The notes under the pieces are model-generated. The model did not search any database. It was not told where the DNA came from and was given only the letters and a program-made list of their open reading frames with translations. A DNA stretch of 64,000 nucleotides. It comes from Bacteriovoracia bacterium. GTDB lineage: Bacteria > Bdellovibrionota > UBA1018 > JBFWNL01. Position 1 is the stretch's first letter; each line of letters opens with the position of its first letter. The stretch is taken from the NCBI GenBank assembly GCA_050251055.1, contig JBFWNL010000007.1, positions 32,001 to 96,000 of the forward strand, given 5' to 3'. Positions 47,232 through 55,256 of this stretch are shown piece by piece. A program made the position numbers and the translations under genes.

Positions 47232-47735
47232 CTAAATTCCCGTGATTTTCACCAAGATTCGCTTCTCCCGGCGCCCATCGAACTCGGCGTAAAATACCTG
47301 CTGCCAGGTTCCGAAGTCGAGTTTTCCGCTGGTCACGGGAATCGTGAGGGCGTGATTGGTGAGGTAGGACTTCAGATGGGCGTCACCGTTATCTTCGCCG
47401 GTTTGGTGGTGCTCGTAGTCTTCGCCATAGGGGGCGAGATTTTCAATCCAGCGGGAGATGTCCCGCAAAAGGCCGCCTTCGGCATCGTTGATGTAGACGC
47501 CGGCGGTGATGTGCATGGCGCTGACGAAGCAGAAGCCGTCGGTGACTTTCGAGCGAGCGAGCACTTCTTCCACGTGGTCGGTGACATTTACGAGCGCGTA
47601 GCGCTTGGGGATGTTCACATACAGGTGTTCGGTATGATGAATCGCGGGCGATTTTTCCACGTGGGCGACGGGTTTTGCCCGCAGAAAACCCGGGCACTTA
47701 CCGGGGTCGAGCAGCCAGTCGGAATCTTTCAGCAC
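47232..47735 (-). CDS. yjbQ: YjbQ/UPF0047 protein
   Basis: MHITAGVYIND, YEHH, NGDAHLK and GTWQQVFYAEFDG motifs; true start may be downstream. Confidence 0.85.
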   Translation of the reverse strand: MLKDSDWLLDPGKCPGFLRAKPVAHVEKSPAIHHTEHLYVNIPKRYALVNVTDHVEEVLARSKVTDGFCFVSAMHITAGVYINDAEGGLLRDISRWIENLAPYGEDYEHHQTGEDNGDAHLKSYLTNHALTIPVTSGKLDFGTWQQVFYAEFDGRREKRILVKITGI

Positions 47736-47751
47736 CCGTTCCTCCGCGTTG

Positions 47752-48084
47752 CTAGTTATCGATGCGTTGACCTGTCTTCATGCAGAGCTCGAAGAGCTTG
47801 TCGAAGGGGTACATCCCGGTGTTGTGTAGGTCGCTCCAGTTCACCCGGATGGCGTAGCGTCCGACCAGCTCCACCGCCGTGGGCTTCACGGTTGCCACGA
47901 TCGACTCCCGTTTCAGCGTCCGCACGCCGGTCATCTCATCCACGCAGTTGGCGCAGGGGCAGTGGAAGCGCAGCTCGAAGTAGGGGAGCAAGAAGCGTTC
48001 TCCAGTGTTCCACTCCATGAGCATTTCACGGTCGCTGTGCTTTTCGATGCGGTTGGGGATGAGGTCAGCCATGAACTCAAACAA
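47752..48084 (-). CDS. DUF971/GBBH-like N-terminal domain protein
   Basis: LRFHCPCANC, VGRYAI and WSDLHNTGMY motifs. Confidence 0.85.
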   Translation of the reverse strand: MFEFMADLIPNRIEKHSDREMLMEWNTGERFLLPYFELRFHCPCANCVDEMTGVRTLKRESIVATVKPTAVELVGRYAIRVNWSDLHNTGMYPFDKLFELCMKTGQRIDN

Positions 48085-48221
48085 ACACAGCGTTCGGGGT
48101 CTGTCTATATGGGGGTTATTTCAGGTGAAAAATCACACACATCAGTAATTGACTAAATAAGTAATGAATTATATAAGAGGTGCGCTTTAGCTAGGTGTAC
48201 GGAGCCAGGAAGGAAATCTTC

Positions 48222-49055
48222 ATGAAGGCGACCGCGCATCTGATCTTATTGGCAACGGTGTTCACCGCCACGGCCTGTAGCAACTCCATTCCCGCTCCCA
48301 TTTCGTCGGCGAATTCTCCCGGGCCCACAAATCCCGGGGGCGAAGAAGAATCCACGATCAACAAACCTATTTTCGAAGGGTCGGTGCCGCTCTCCGCGCC
48401 TTCGACGACCGAAAGCTTTGCGATCGAAGGGCTTTCTCCGGGGTTTGCCGAAATGATCGGGGACTGCGCATTTCACCAAACAAAATCCACTCTAGAAGGG
48501 TTCGGTCATGAAATCGCCGATCAAGCGAATCTGTACGATCGTCACTATTTGAATCAGCACTCGACAAAACTGACTCGTGCGGGTGACCAGTATCGCCTTT
48601 ATTTAGACATGAAATCCTTCGGCTATTCCCGGGAAGTCTATTTTCAGCGCGAGGTTGGGAGCGGCCACCATACCGTGTTCTTGGTCGGGGTAAACGTAGA
48701 TGGGGAAGGCAGGGTGAAGTGGGAAGCCGTTGGCGAGACGCCGGCAAAGGAAATCAGGTTTGCCTTTTATGCGCAAGATTCGCTTCCTTACCTTCAATTC
48801 GATACCTTCCACTCAAAACACGGTTCGGGAGTCCTGACCGATACTGGCCGTAAAGCGATCACTTTTCGGAATACCACTGACTTTGAGTTAAAGGGTGCGA
48901 ACCTCGTCGTTTCCCGGGCCATGCCGGATAGAATACCGCTCCATTGGATCTCGCACCCGGTCCACGGCGAAAAATCGTTTGGCCAGCGGTCGGACTATTT
49001 TATCGATGCCAAGGCGTATTTGCAGTGCATCCGGCAGGCCGTGGGCTTGAACTAA
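48222..49055 (+). CDS. Hypothetical lipoprotein
   Basis: AGGA RBS, ATG 48222; lipobox ATA|C. Confidence 0.65.
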   Translation: MKATAHLILLATVFTATACSNSIPAPISSANSPGPTNPGGEEESTINKPIFEGSVPLSAPSTTESFAIEGLSPGFAEMIGDCAFHQTKSTLEGFGHEIADQANLYDRHYLNQHSTKLTRAGDQYRLYLDMKSFGYSREVYFQREVGSGHHTVFLVGVNVDGEGRVKWEAVGETPAKEIRFAFYAQDSLPYLQFDTFHSKHGSGVLTDTGRKAITFRNTTDFELKGANLVVSRAMPDRIPLHWISHPVHGEKSFGQRSDYFIDAKAYLQCIRQAVGLN

Positions 49056-49107
49056 GTCCAAATAGAACCCGATTGAGCCGCCGCCCCGCCTGCGGTATGA
49101 CCGGAGC

Positions 49108-50223
49108 ATGAGCTCATCGCAAAAAACGCTTCGCGGCGCGGTTATCGGCTACGGTTTCATCTCAGGCAAAGGCCATATCCCGGCCTACCTCGAGCGTGCT
49201 CAAAAGCAGCAGGATGTCCAGATCACGGCGGTGGCCGACATCTGCGAGGGCCGGCGCAAGATCGCGGCCGAAACCCTGCCTGGCGTGCGCGTTTACAGTG
49301 ACTACGAATCGCTGCTCGCCGGCGAAACCGGCAAGCTTGATTTCGTCGATATCTCCACGCCTCCTTGTGACCACGCGAAGATCGCGCACGCGGCGTTTGA
49401 TCGCGGCTTACACGTGCTTTGCGAAAAGCCCCTGACCACTTCCTTGGAAGACGCCCGTGCGCTTTTGAAACATGCTCAGGACGCCCAGCGCGTGCTTTTC
49501 CCTTGTCACAACTACAAGCATGCGCCCGTGGTGAAAGCTATTCGCGAGATCATCGACAGCGGCAAGATCGGCCGCGTGAAGTCGGTGGCGCTCAGCACCT
49601 ACCGCAACACGCACGCCAAGGGCGTGACCGAATGGAACACGCACTGGCGCCGCGAAAACCGCTACAGTGGCGGCGGCATCGCGATGGACCACGGTAGCCA
49701 TAGCTTTTATTTGATGTTCGATTGGCTGGGATCGTATCCCACCGCGGTCACGGCGAAGATGTCGACCCAAGGCACGAAGCCCGATGGTTCGCCCATGGAC
49801 ACGGAAGATAATTTCACCGCGACGCTCACGTTCCCTACGGGCTCGGCCCACGCCTACCTGACTTGGACGGCGGGCGTGCGCAAGGTCATTTACAGCATTC
49901 AAGGCGAGCGCGGCGCGGTCACCGTCGATGACGACGATCTCCAGCTGGCGACTATCGAAAAAACCTCCGGCCCCGACGTCGCCCAAGGCGCCGTGAAATG
50001 GAACGTCGAGAAGCGCTCGATCGCTTCGCATTGGATGGATGCGAGCCACGTAAGCTGGTTTAACTCGCTTTTTGATCAATTCAAGGGCGCCATCGCGCGC
50101 GGCGAATTCGTGGGAAAAGAAGCCCGCGAGTCGTATCTCTGCATCGAGCTCATCATGGCCGCTTACGCTTCGGCCGCCGATCGGTGCCAGGAACAGCCTC
50201 TTTTGGGCTTGCCCACCGCGTAA
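49108..50223 (+). CDS. Gfo/Idh/MocA NAD(P)-dependent oxidoreductase (inositol dehydrogenase-like)
   Basis: IGYGFIS, STPPCDH, CEKPL and GGGIAMDHGSH motifs. Confidence 0.88.
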   Translation: MSSSQKTLRGAVIGYGFISGKGHIPAYLERAQKQQDVQITAVADICEGRRKIAAETLPGVRVYSDYESLLAGETGKLDFVDISTPPCDHAKIAHAAFDRGLHVLCEKPLTTSLEDARALLKHAQDAQRVLFPCHNYKHAPVVKAIREIIDSGKIGRVKSVALSTYRNTHAKGVTEWNTHWRRENRYSGGGIAMDHGSHSFYLMFDWLGSYPTAVTAKMSTQGTKPDGSPMDTEDNFTATLTFPTGSAHAYLTWTAGVRKVIYSIQGERGAVTVDDDDLQLATIEKTSGPDVAQGAVKWNVEKRSIASHWMDASHVSWFNSLFDQFKGAIARGEFVGKEARESYLCIELIMAAYASAADRCQEQPLLGLPTA

Positions 50224-50355
50224 TTTTGGGTGGATTGCCCAAAACGGGGTTTTGCCGCCTTTTCTGATCAAAATGCTGGGTGATTATGGCCTTGCGCTCT
50301 GGGGCTCCGTGGACTAATTCACTTAGGTTTCAAATCCATAAGGAGCATTCATAGC

Positions 50356-51723
50356 ATGGCTCAGCCAACGACCCAGTCGAGTACAAAGAAAAGCACGGCC
50401 CGCAACATTACACCCGCCAAAGGGAAGCTCGCGGTTCTCACTCCCGGCATGGGGGCGGTGGCCACTACTTTTTACGCCGGCGTCGAAGCCGTCAAGAAAG
50501 GCATCTCGCAGCCAATCGGTTCGTACACTCAGCTCGGCAAGATTCGTTTGGGCAAGCGTACGGAGAATCGTCATAAGCTGGTGAAGGATCTCGTACCGCT
50601 CGCTTCGCTCGATCAGCTGGTGTTCGGTGGCTGGGACATTTTCCCCGAGAACGCTTACGAAGCCGCGAAGAACGCGCAAGTGCTCGAAAAAGAATTGCTG
50701 GAAGCCGTGAAGGAACCGCTCTCGAAGATCAAGCCAATGGCGGCTGTTTTCGATCACGAGTTCGTGAAGCGCATCGACGGCCCGAACGTCAAGAAGGGCG
50801 CCAACAAGATGGAGCTCGCCGAACAGCTCCGCGCCGACATCCGTAATTTCATGAAAGACAACGGCTGCGATCGCGCCGTGATGGTTTGGTGCGCGTCCAC
50901 CGAAGTGTATACGCCGCCTACGGCCGTGCACCAGTCGGTGAAGGCTTTCGAAGAAGGCCTGCGTAACAACGATCCTTCGATCTCGCCCGCGCAGATCTAC
51001 ACGTACGCCGCGCTGAAAGAGCGGGTGCCCTACGCCAACGGATCGCCGAACGTGTCGGTCGAAATGCCCTGCCTGCAGGAGCTGGCCAACGAAATGGCTA
51101 CCCCGATCTCGGGTTCGGATTTCAAGACGGGTCAAACGTTGTTGAAGACCGTCATCGCTCCCGGCCTGCGCAACCGCCAGTTGGGCGTCGCTGGCTGGTA
51201 CAGCACCAACATCCTCGGTAACCGCGATGGCGAAGTGCTCGATGATCCGGGCTCGTTCAAGTCGAAGGAAGTCACCAAGAGCGGCGTGCTCACGGACATC
51301 TTCTCGGCGGAAATGTACCCCGAGCTCTACAAAGACATCCACCACGTGGTCCGCATCAATTACTACCCACCACGCGGCGATAATAAAGAAGGCTGGGACA
51401 ACATCGACATCTTCGGTTGGCTGGGCTACCCGATGCAGATCAAGGTGAACTTCCTCTGCCGCGACTCCATTTTGGCCGCCCCGATCGTGCTCGATCTGGC
51501 GCTGTTCATGGATCTCGCGTCGCGCGCCGAAATGCGCGGCATTCAAGAGTGGCTTTCGTTCTACTTCAAATCGCCGGTCGTGAAACCGGGCCTGCGCGCC
51601 GAGCATGATCTGTCGACGCAGCTCCTGAAGCTCGAGAACACGTTGCGCTTCTTCACCAACGAAGAGCTCATCAATCACTTGGGCCTCACGCATTACGGCA
51701 TCGACGAAGGCGAAAACGCCTAA
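50356..51723 (+). CDS. ino1: Myo-inositol-1(3)-phosphate synthase
   Basis: GGWDI, WCASTE, NGSPN, DFKTGQT, STNILGNRDG, GDNKE, RDSILAAP and SFYFKSP motifs. Confidence 0.93.
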   Translation: MAQPTTQSSTKKSTARNITPAKGKLAVLTPGMGAVATTFYAGVEAVKKGISQPIGSYTQLGKIRLGKRTENRHKLVKDLVPLASLDQLVFGGWDIFPENAYEAAKNAQVLEKELLEAVKEPLSKIKPMAAVFDHEFVKRIDGPNVKKGANKMELAEQLRADIRNFMKDNGCDRAVMVWCASTEVYTPPTAVHQSVKAFEEGLRNNDPSISPAQIYTYAALKERVPYANGSPNVSVEMPCLQELANEMATPISGSDFKTGQTLLKTVIAPGLRNRQLGVAGWYSTNILGNRDGEVLDDPGSFKSKEVTKSGVLTDIFSAEMYPELYKDIHHVVRINYYPPRGDNKEGWDNIDIFGWLGYPMQIKVNFLCRDSILAAPIVLDLALFMDLASRAEMRGIQEWLSFYFKSPVVKPGLRAEHDLSTQLLKLENTLRFFTNEELINHLGLTHYGIDEGENA

Positions 51724-51745
51724 TAACGAAGGCGAAAACGCTTAA
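51704..51745 (+). repeat. Tandem duplication of the last 20 nt of ino1
   Basis: ACGAAGGCGAAAACGCCTAA (51704-51723) and ACGAAGGCGAAAACGCTTAA (51726-51745). Confidence 0.85.
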
Positions 51746-51749
51746 GGTG

Positions 51750-52685
51750 CTAGCGACCCGAGTTCTTTAGGTATCGAATCACGTGTTCGACATCCATTCC
51801 TTTCGGCGGAGGGTTGCGTTCGAATAGGTTTCTAACGACCTCCTCTAGACGTCGTCCGTCCAGGAGACGGATAAAGTGGTATATGTAGGGGTCTTTCTTC
51901 GCTGCTAGTTCTTGGAGAGCTTCCACAATTTTGGGTTCTTGCGCTTTCGAGAAGTGAGATGCGTGCCCGGCTGCGACGTCATACACGGCTCGGAAAATAT
52001 CCGTAGGGGATGCTGTGTCGACGTTCATCAACCACGCTTCTCCGGCAAGAAACTTTTCGAGTGCTCCAGGGACAGCCTCTTCGATGACTACGGTTCCTTT
52101 GGGCTGGGTCTTGAATCGGAGTAAGCTCCGCGGGGTCATGGGTGCCTGGTTAGCAGACGCTTTGAATTCTCGGGCGCCGATGACGCCAAGAATTAGACTG
52201 GGAGCTTGGTCGATCACGAATGGGCTATCAAGTTCTGTCGCGATCGCGGTCGCCCGTTGTAAGATTGCAGACTCGGGGGTTCCGTCCCCCCTAAATGAAA
52301 AGGCGTGCACGACGTCGACGTCACCGCCAGCTCGGAAAGTGCCCGAACTGGACGAACCCACGATTTGTATACCGATGCCCTCTGACTCCAATCTGTCTAA
52401 GTAGGCCACGAAGGAGGGGTCGTAGACTTCGTGTGCATCTTGCCGTGATAAAATAACCGCCGAGCGCCCATTTTTCCCATAGGGAGCCAGCCGCTGCCTG
52501 GAGCGGGTAATCAGTTTCTCGGTTGAAGCGTTTAGGGGAAACAGGGAGTCGGCGGCACCATGGTCCAGGACTCTGCGGATTTTTTCTTCTGGGCAGCTTC
52601 CTAGGGCAGCGCTGTTTTGTAGGCAGAAATAGGCAAGCAGGAAAAGGCTAGGTAGGTTTCTTACGTTGATTGTAAATCGAGCCAT
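51750..52685 (-). CDS. Secreted protein with Pol-beta-type nucleotidyltransferase motif
   Basis: Signal peptide; IVGSSSSGTFRAGGDVDVV (hGS-x10-DxD) and a later FVID. Confidence 0.5.
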   Translation of the reverse strand: MARFTINVRNLPSLFLLAYFCLQNSAALGSCPEEKIRRVLDHGAADSLFPLNASTEKLITRSRQRLAPYGKNGRSAVILSRQDAHEVYDPSFVAYLDRLESEGIGIQIVGSSSSGTFRAGGDVDVVHAFSFRGDGTPESAILQRATAIATELDSPFVIDQAPSLILGVIGAREFKASANQAPMTPRSLLRFKTQPKGTVVIEEAVPGALEKFLAGEAWLMNVDTASPTDIFRAVYDVAAGHASHFSKAQEPKIVEALQELAAKKDPYIYHFIRLLDGRRLEEVVRNLFERNPPPKGMDVEHVIRYLKNSGR

Positions 52686-52694
52686 TCTAGTAAC

Positions 52695-52721
52695 TTATCG
52701 GTGGGAAGCCCCGCATACCTA
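52695..52721 (-). promoter_or_regulatory. Sigma28-like promoter
   Basis: TAGG-N15-ACCGATAA, 9 nt upstream of the ATG. Confidence 0.5.
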
Positions 52722-52846
52722 AAGAATGACGGTAAAGTGACGGTAGCATCTGCGGTAGGCAGGTTGTGCCAGGTAAGGCTATGAGATCTTAGAGGTTTTT
52801 CGCTGTTTTTTAAATGGCAGACGGGGTTTGTCGTGCTATGTTCTGA

Positions 52847-53779
52847 ATGATGCACATCGACGGAACCTTCTTTGAGTTAACCGGGGACTTGATCAACACG
52901 ATCATTTTGTTCGGTCTGCTCTTCGCCCTCATCATCGCTTACGTGATTCGTTTGGTCGTGGTGGGGCGCGCGCGCTTTGATCGCGTGGATCGGGAGGGCA
53001 CGGGTTTGCTTTTGAAGAAGGGCCCCATGGAGATGGTCTACTGGAGTTTGCAGCCTTTCGCCCGTTTGGCGGTGTTCTTTCGGGTGACGCCAAACATGCT
53101 TTCTTGGGCTTGTTTGGTTTTGGGGCTGGCGGCGGGGACTTGCTTGGCCTTCGGTCACTTTGGTTTCGGAGCGGCCTTCGCTACCGTGTCGGCGCTGCTC
53201 GACGCACTGGATGGCATGGTCGCGCGTATGACCGGACGGGCTTCCGACGCGGGCGAAGTGCTCGATGCCACCGTTGATCGCTACAGCGAATTTTTCTTTC
53301 TGGGTGGGCTTTGCGTTTATTATCGCGATATGTCCGAGCTGGTCGTGCTGACGCTGCTCGCGCTCATGGGCTCGTTCATGGTGAGCTACTCCACCGCCAA
53401 AGCGGAAGCGCTGCAGGTGAAGCCACCGCGCGGAAACATGCGGCGTACGGAGCGCGCGATTTTCATGACCGTGGGCGCCGCGCTCGCACCCATCAGCATT
53501 CCTTGGTTTGAGACGCCGGCGTACCTCAACGTGCCGGTCCCCGTGGGTTATCCCATGGTGCTTGCGGTGGGGATCATCGCCGTGCTGGCGAACTTCTCGG
53601 CGATCGAGCGCCTAGTGGCGATCGCGAAAGCCGTGCGCGCACGGGAAAACCAGGCACGTGAGCAGCTCAAGCAAGCGGAAGCGCTCACGGAAGCCCGGCA
53701 GGAGCTTGAGCAGATTGCCGGCTCTGACGACGCCGAAGCCGCGCCCGCGAACGCCACCAGCCGGTCGCCCAAGGTCTAG
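52847..53779 (+). CDS. CDP-alcohol phosphatidyltransferase (PI/PIP synthase-like)
   Basis: TPNML, DALDGMVARMTGRASDAGEVLDATVDR, MVSYSTAKAE and MRRTER motifs. Confidence 0.9.
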   Translation: MMHIDGTFFELTGDLINTIILFGLLFALIIAYVIRLVVVGRARFDRVDREGTGLLLKKGPMEMVYWSLQPFARLAVFFRVTPNMLSWACLVLGLAAGTCLAFGHFGFGAAFATVSALLDALDGMVARMTGRASDAGEVLDATVDRYSEFFFLGGLCVYYRDMSELVVLTLLALMGSFMVSYSTAKAEALQVKPPRGNMRRTERAIFMTVGAALAPISIPWFETPAYLNVPVPVGYPMVLAVGIIAVLANFSAIERLVAIAKAVRARENQAREQLKQAEALTEARQELEQIAGSDDAEAAPANATSRSPKV

Positions 53780-53846
53780 GTCCACCAAAACCCCTATTTT
53801 ATCGGGCTATTTTTCCCGCCATGAAGTATATCCGGGCGGTTAGCCT

Positions 53847-55214
53847 ATGGAAATCCAGCAGCCGAAAAATCAAAAGCCCGTCTTGAAAACCCCCGTGCCT
53901 GGACCGAAGAGCCAAGCGATTCGTGCCCGTGAGGAGCAAGCGCTTGCCCCCGGCTTACAAGGCTTTGCGCTCATGGCGGGCATCGTGGTCGACGAGGCTC
54001 GCGGCAGCGCCGTGACGGATGTCGACGGCAACACTTTTCTCGACATCATTGGCGGTATCGGCGTGAACGGACTGGGCCACTCACACCCTAAGTTCGTCGA
54101 AGCGATCCAGAAGCAGGTGGCGAAGGCTTCGGTGGGGAGCTTCACTTCGGAAGCGCGCGTGCGCTTGTTCGAGCAGCTTTCGAAAAATCGCCCGACCCCC
54201 TCGGTGTATCGCACGCAACTTTATTCCGGAGGCGCGGAAGCGGTGGAGAGCGCGCTGAGGCTCGCGAAGTGCCATACCGGCAAGTACGAGTTCATCAGTT
54301 TTTGGGGCGGGTTCCACGGCAAAACCATGGGTGTGCTATCGCTCATGGGCTCGGACTTTAAAAATGGCCTCGGCCCGATGGTGCCGGGTTCGCACATTGT
54401 CCCATACGCGAACTGTTATCGCTGTCCCTTTCAGTTAAAGAATCCAAGCTGCGGCATGGCCTGCGTGGAGCATCTGCGCAAACACGTTAAGCTGGGGACC
54501 GCGGGCGCGGTCGCGGGCATCATCGCCGAGCCTATGCAGGGCACGGCCGGAAATGTGATTCCGCCGAATGACTTCTTGCCCGCCGTGGCGGAAGTGGCGA
54601 AGGAGATCGGCGCGCTCATGATCATCGACGAAATGATCACGGGCTTTGGTCGCACGGGTAAGTACTGGGGCGCCCACCATTCGGGTGTGCAGGCCGATAT
54701 CGTCACGCTCGGTAAGCAATTCGGAGGTGGTTTTCCGATGTCGGCCGTGATGACTACGGATGACATCTCAAAGGCGCAGCCCTGGAGCGTTCCCTCGGGG
54801 TCTTCTTCCAGCTACGGCGGAAACCCGTTGGGCGCGGCGGCCGGCGCGGCGGCGCTCACAATCATCGAGGAAGAGGGATTGGTCGAGAACTCCCGTAAAA
54901 TGGGGGATTATTTCCTGGGCAAGCTCAAGCCCTTCGAGGAAAAATACTCCTTTATCGGCGAGGCGCGGGGAGCGGGACTTTTCCTGGCGCTCGAGATGGT
55001 TCGCGACAAGGTGACGAAGGAGCCGCTCAGCAAAAAGGCGTGTCAGCGTGTTTTCACCGAGTGCCTCAAGCGTGGATTGCTCACCATGGCTTACGCGCCA
55101 AGTTTCCGCATTCAACCCGCGATGTCCATCGATACCGGCACCATCGATGCCGCCGTGGGCGTGCTGGAAGAAGTTTTCGACTTAATGGAAAAAGAAAAAC
55201 TTTGGCAGGCGTAG
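53847..55214 (+). CDS. Class III PLP aminotransferase
   Basis: FHGKT, EPMQGTAG, DEMITGFGRTG, TLGKQFGGG and YGGNP motifs. Confidence 0.9.
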   Translation: MEIQQPKNQKPVLKTPVPGPKSQAIRAREEQALAPGLQGFALMAGIVVDEARGSAVTDVDGNTFLDIIGGIGVNGLGHSHPKFVEAIQKQVAKASVGSFTSEARVRLFEQLSKNRPTPSVYRTQLYSGGAEAVESALRLAKCHTGKYEFISFWGGFHGKTMGVLSLMGSDFKNGLGPMVPGSHIVPYANCYRCPFQLKNPSCGMACVEHLRKHVKLGTAGAVAGIIAEPMQGTAGNVIPPNDFLPAVAEVAKEIGALMIIDEMITGFGRTGKYWGAHHSGVQADIVTLGKQFGGGFPMSAVMTTDDISKAQPWSVPSGSSSSYGGNPLGAAAGAAALTIIEEEGLVENSRKMGDYFLGKLKPFEEKYSFIGEARGAGLFLALEMVRDKVTKEPLSKKACQRVFTECLKRGLLTMAYAPSFRIQPAMSIDTGTIDAAVGVLEEVFDLMEKEKLWQA

Positions 55215-55256
55215 GCGCCTGCCTTTGGGGGTCCTGATCGGGTCCCCAAGGGAGCG

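Noticed and set aside
50323-51693. Long antisense ORFs (also 14218-14985, 15928-17106, 18125-19165, 34698-35702, 47148-48020, 60043-61017)
   Set aside because: Shadow frames of well-supported genes, expected in GC-rich coding DNA; no motifs.
51704-51745. CRISPR or prophage att site
   Set aside because: Only two adjacent copies, no spacers, no cas or integrase gene in the window.
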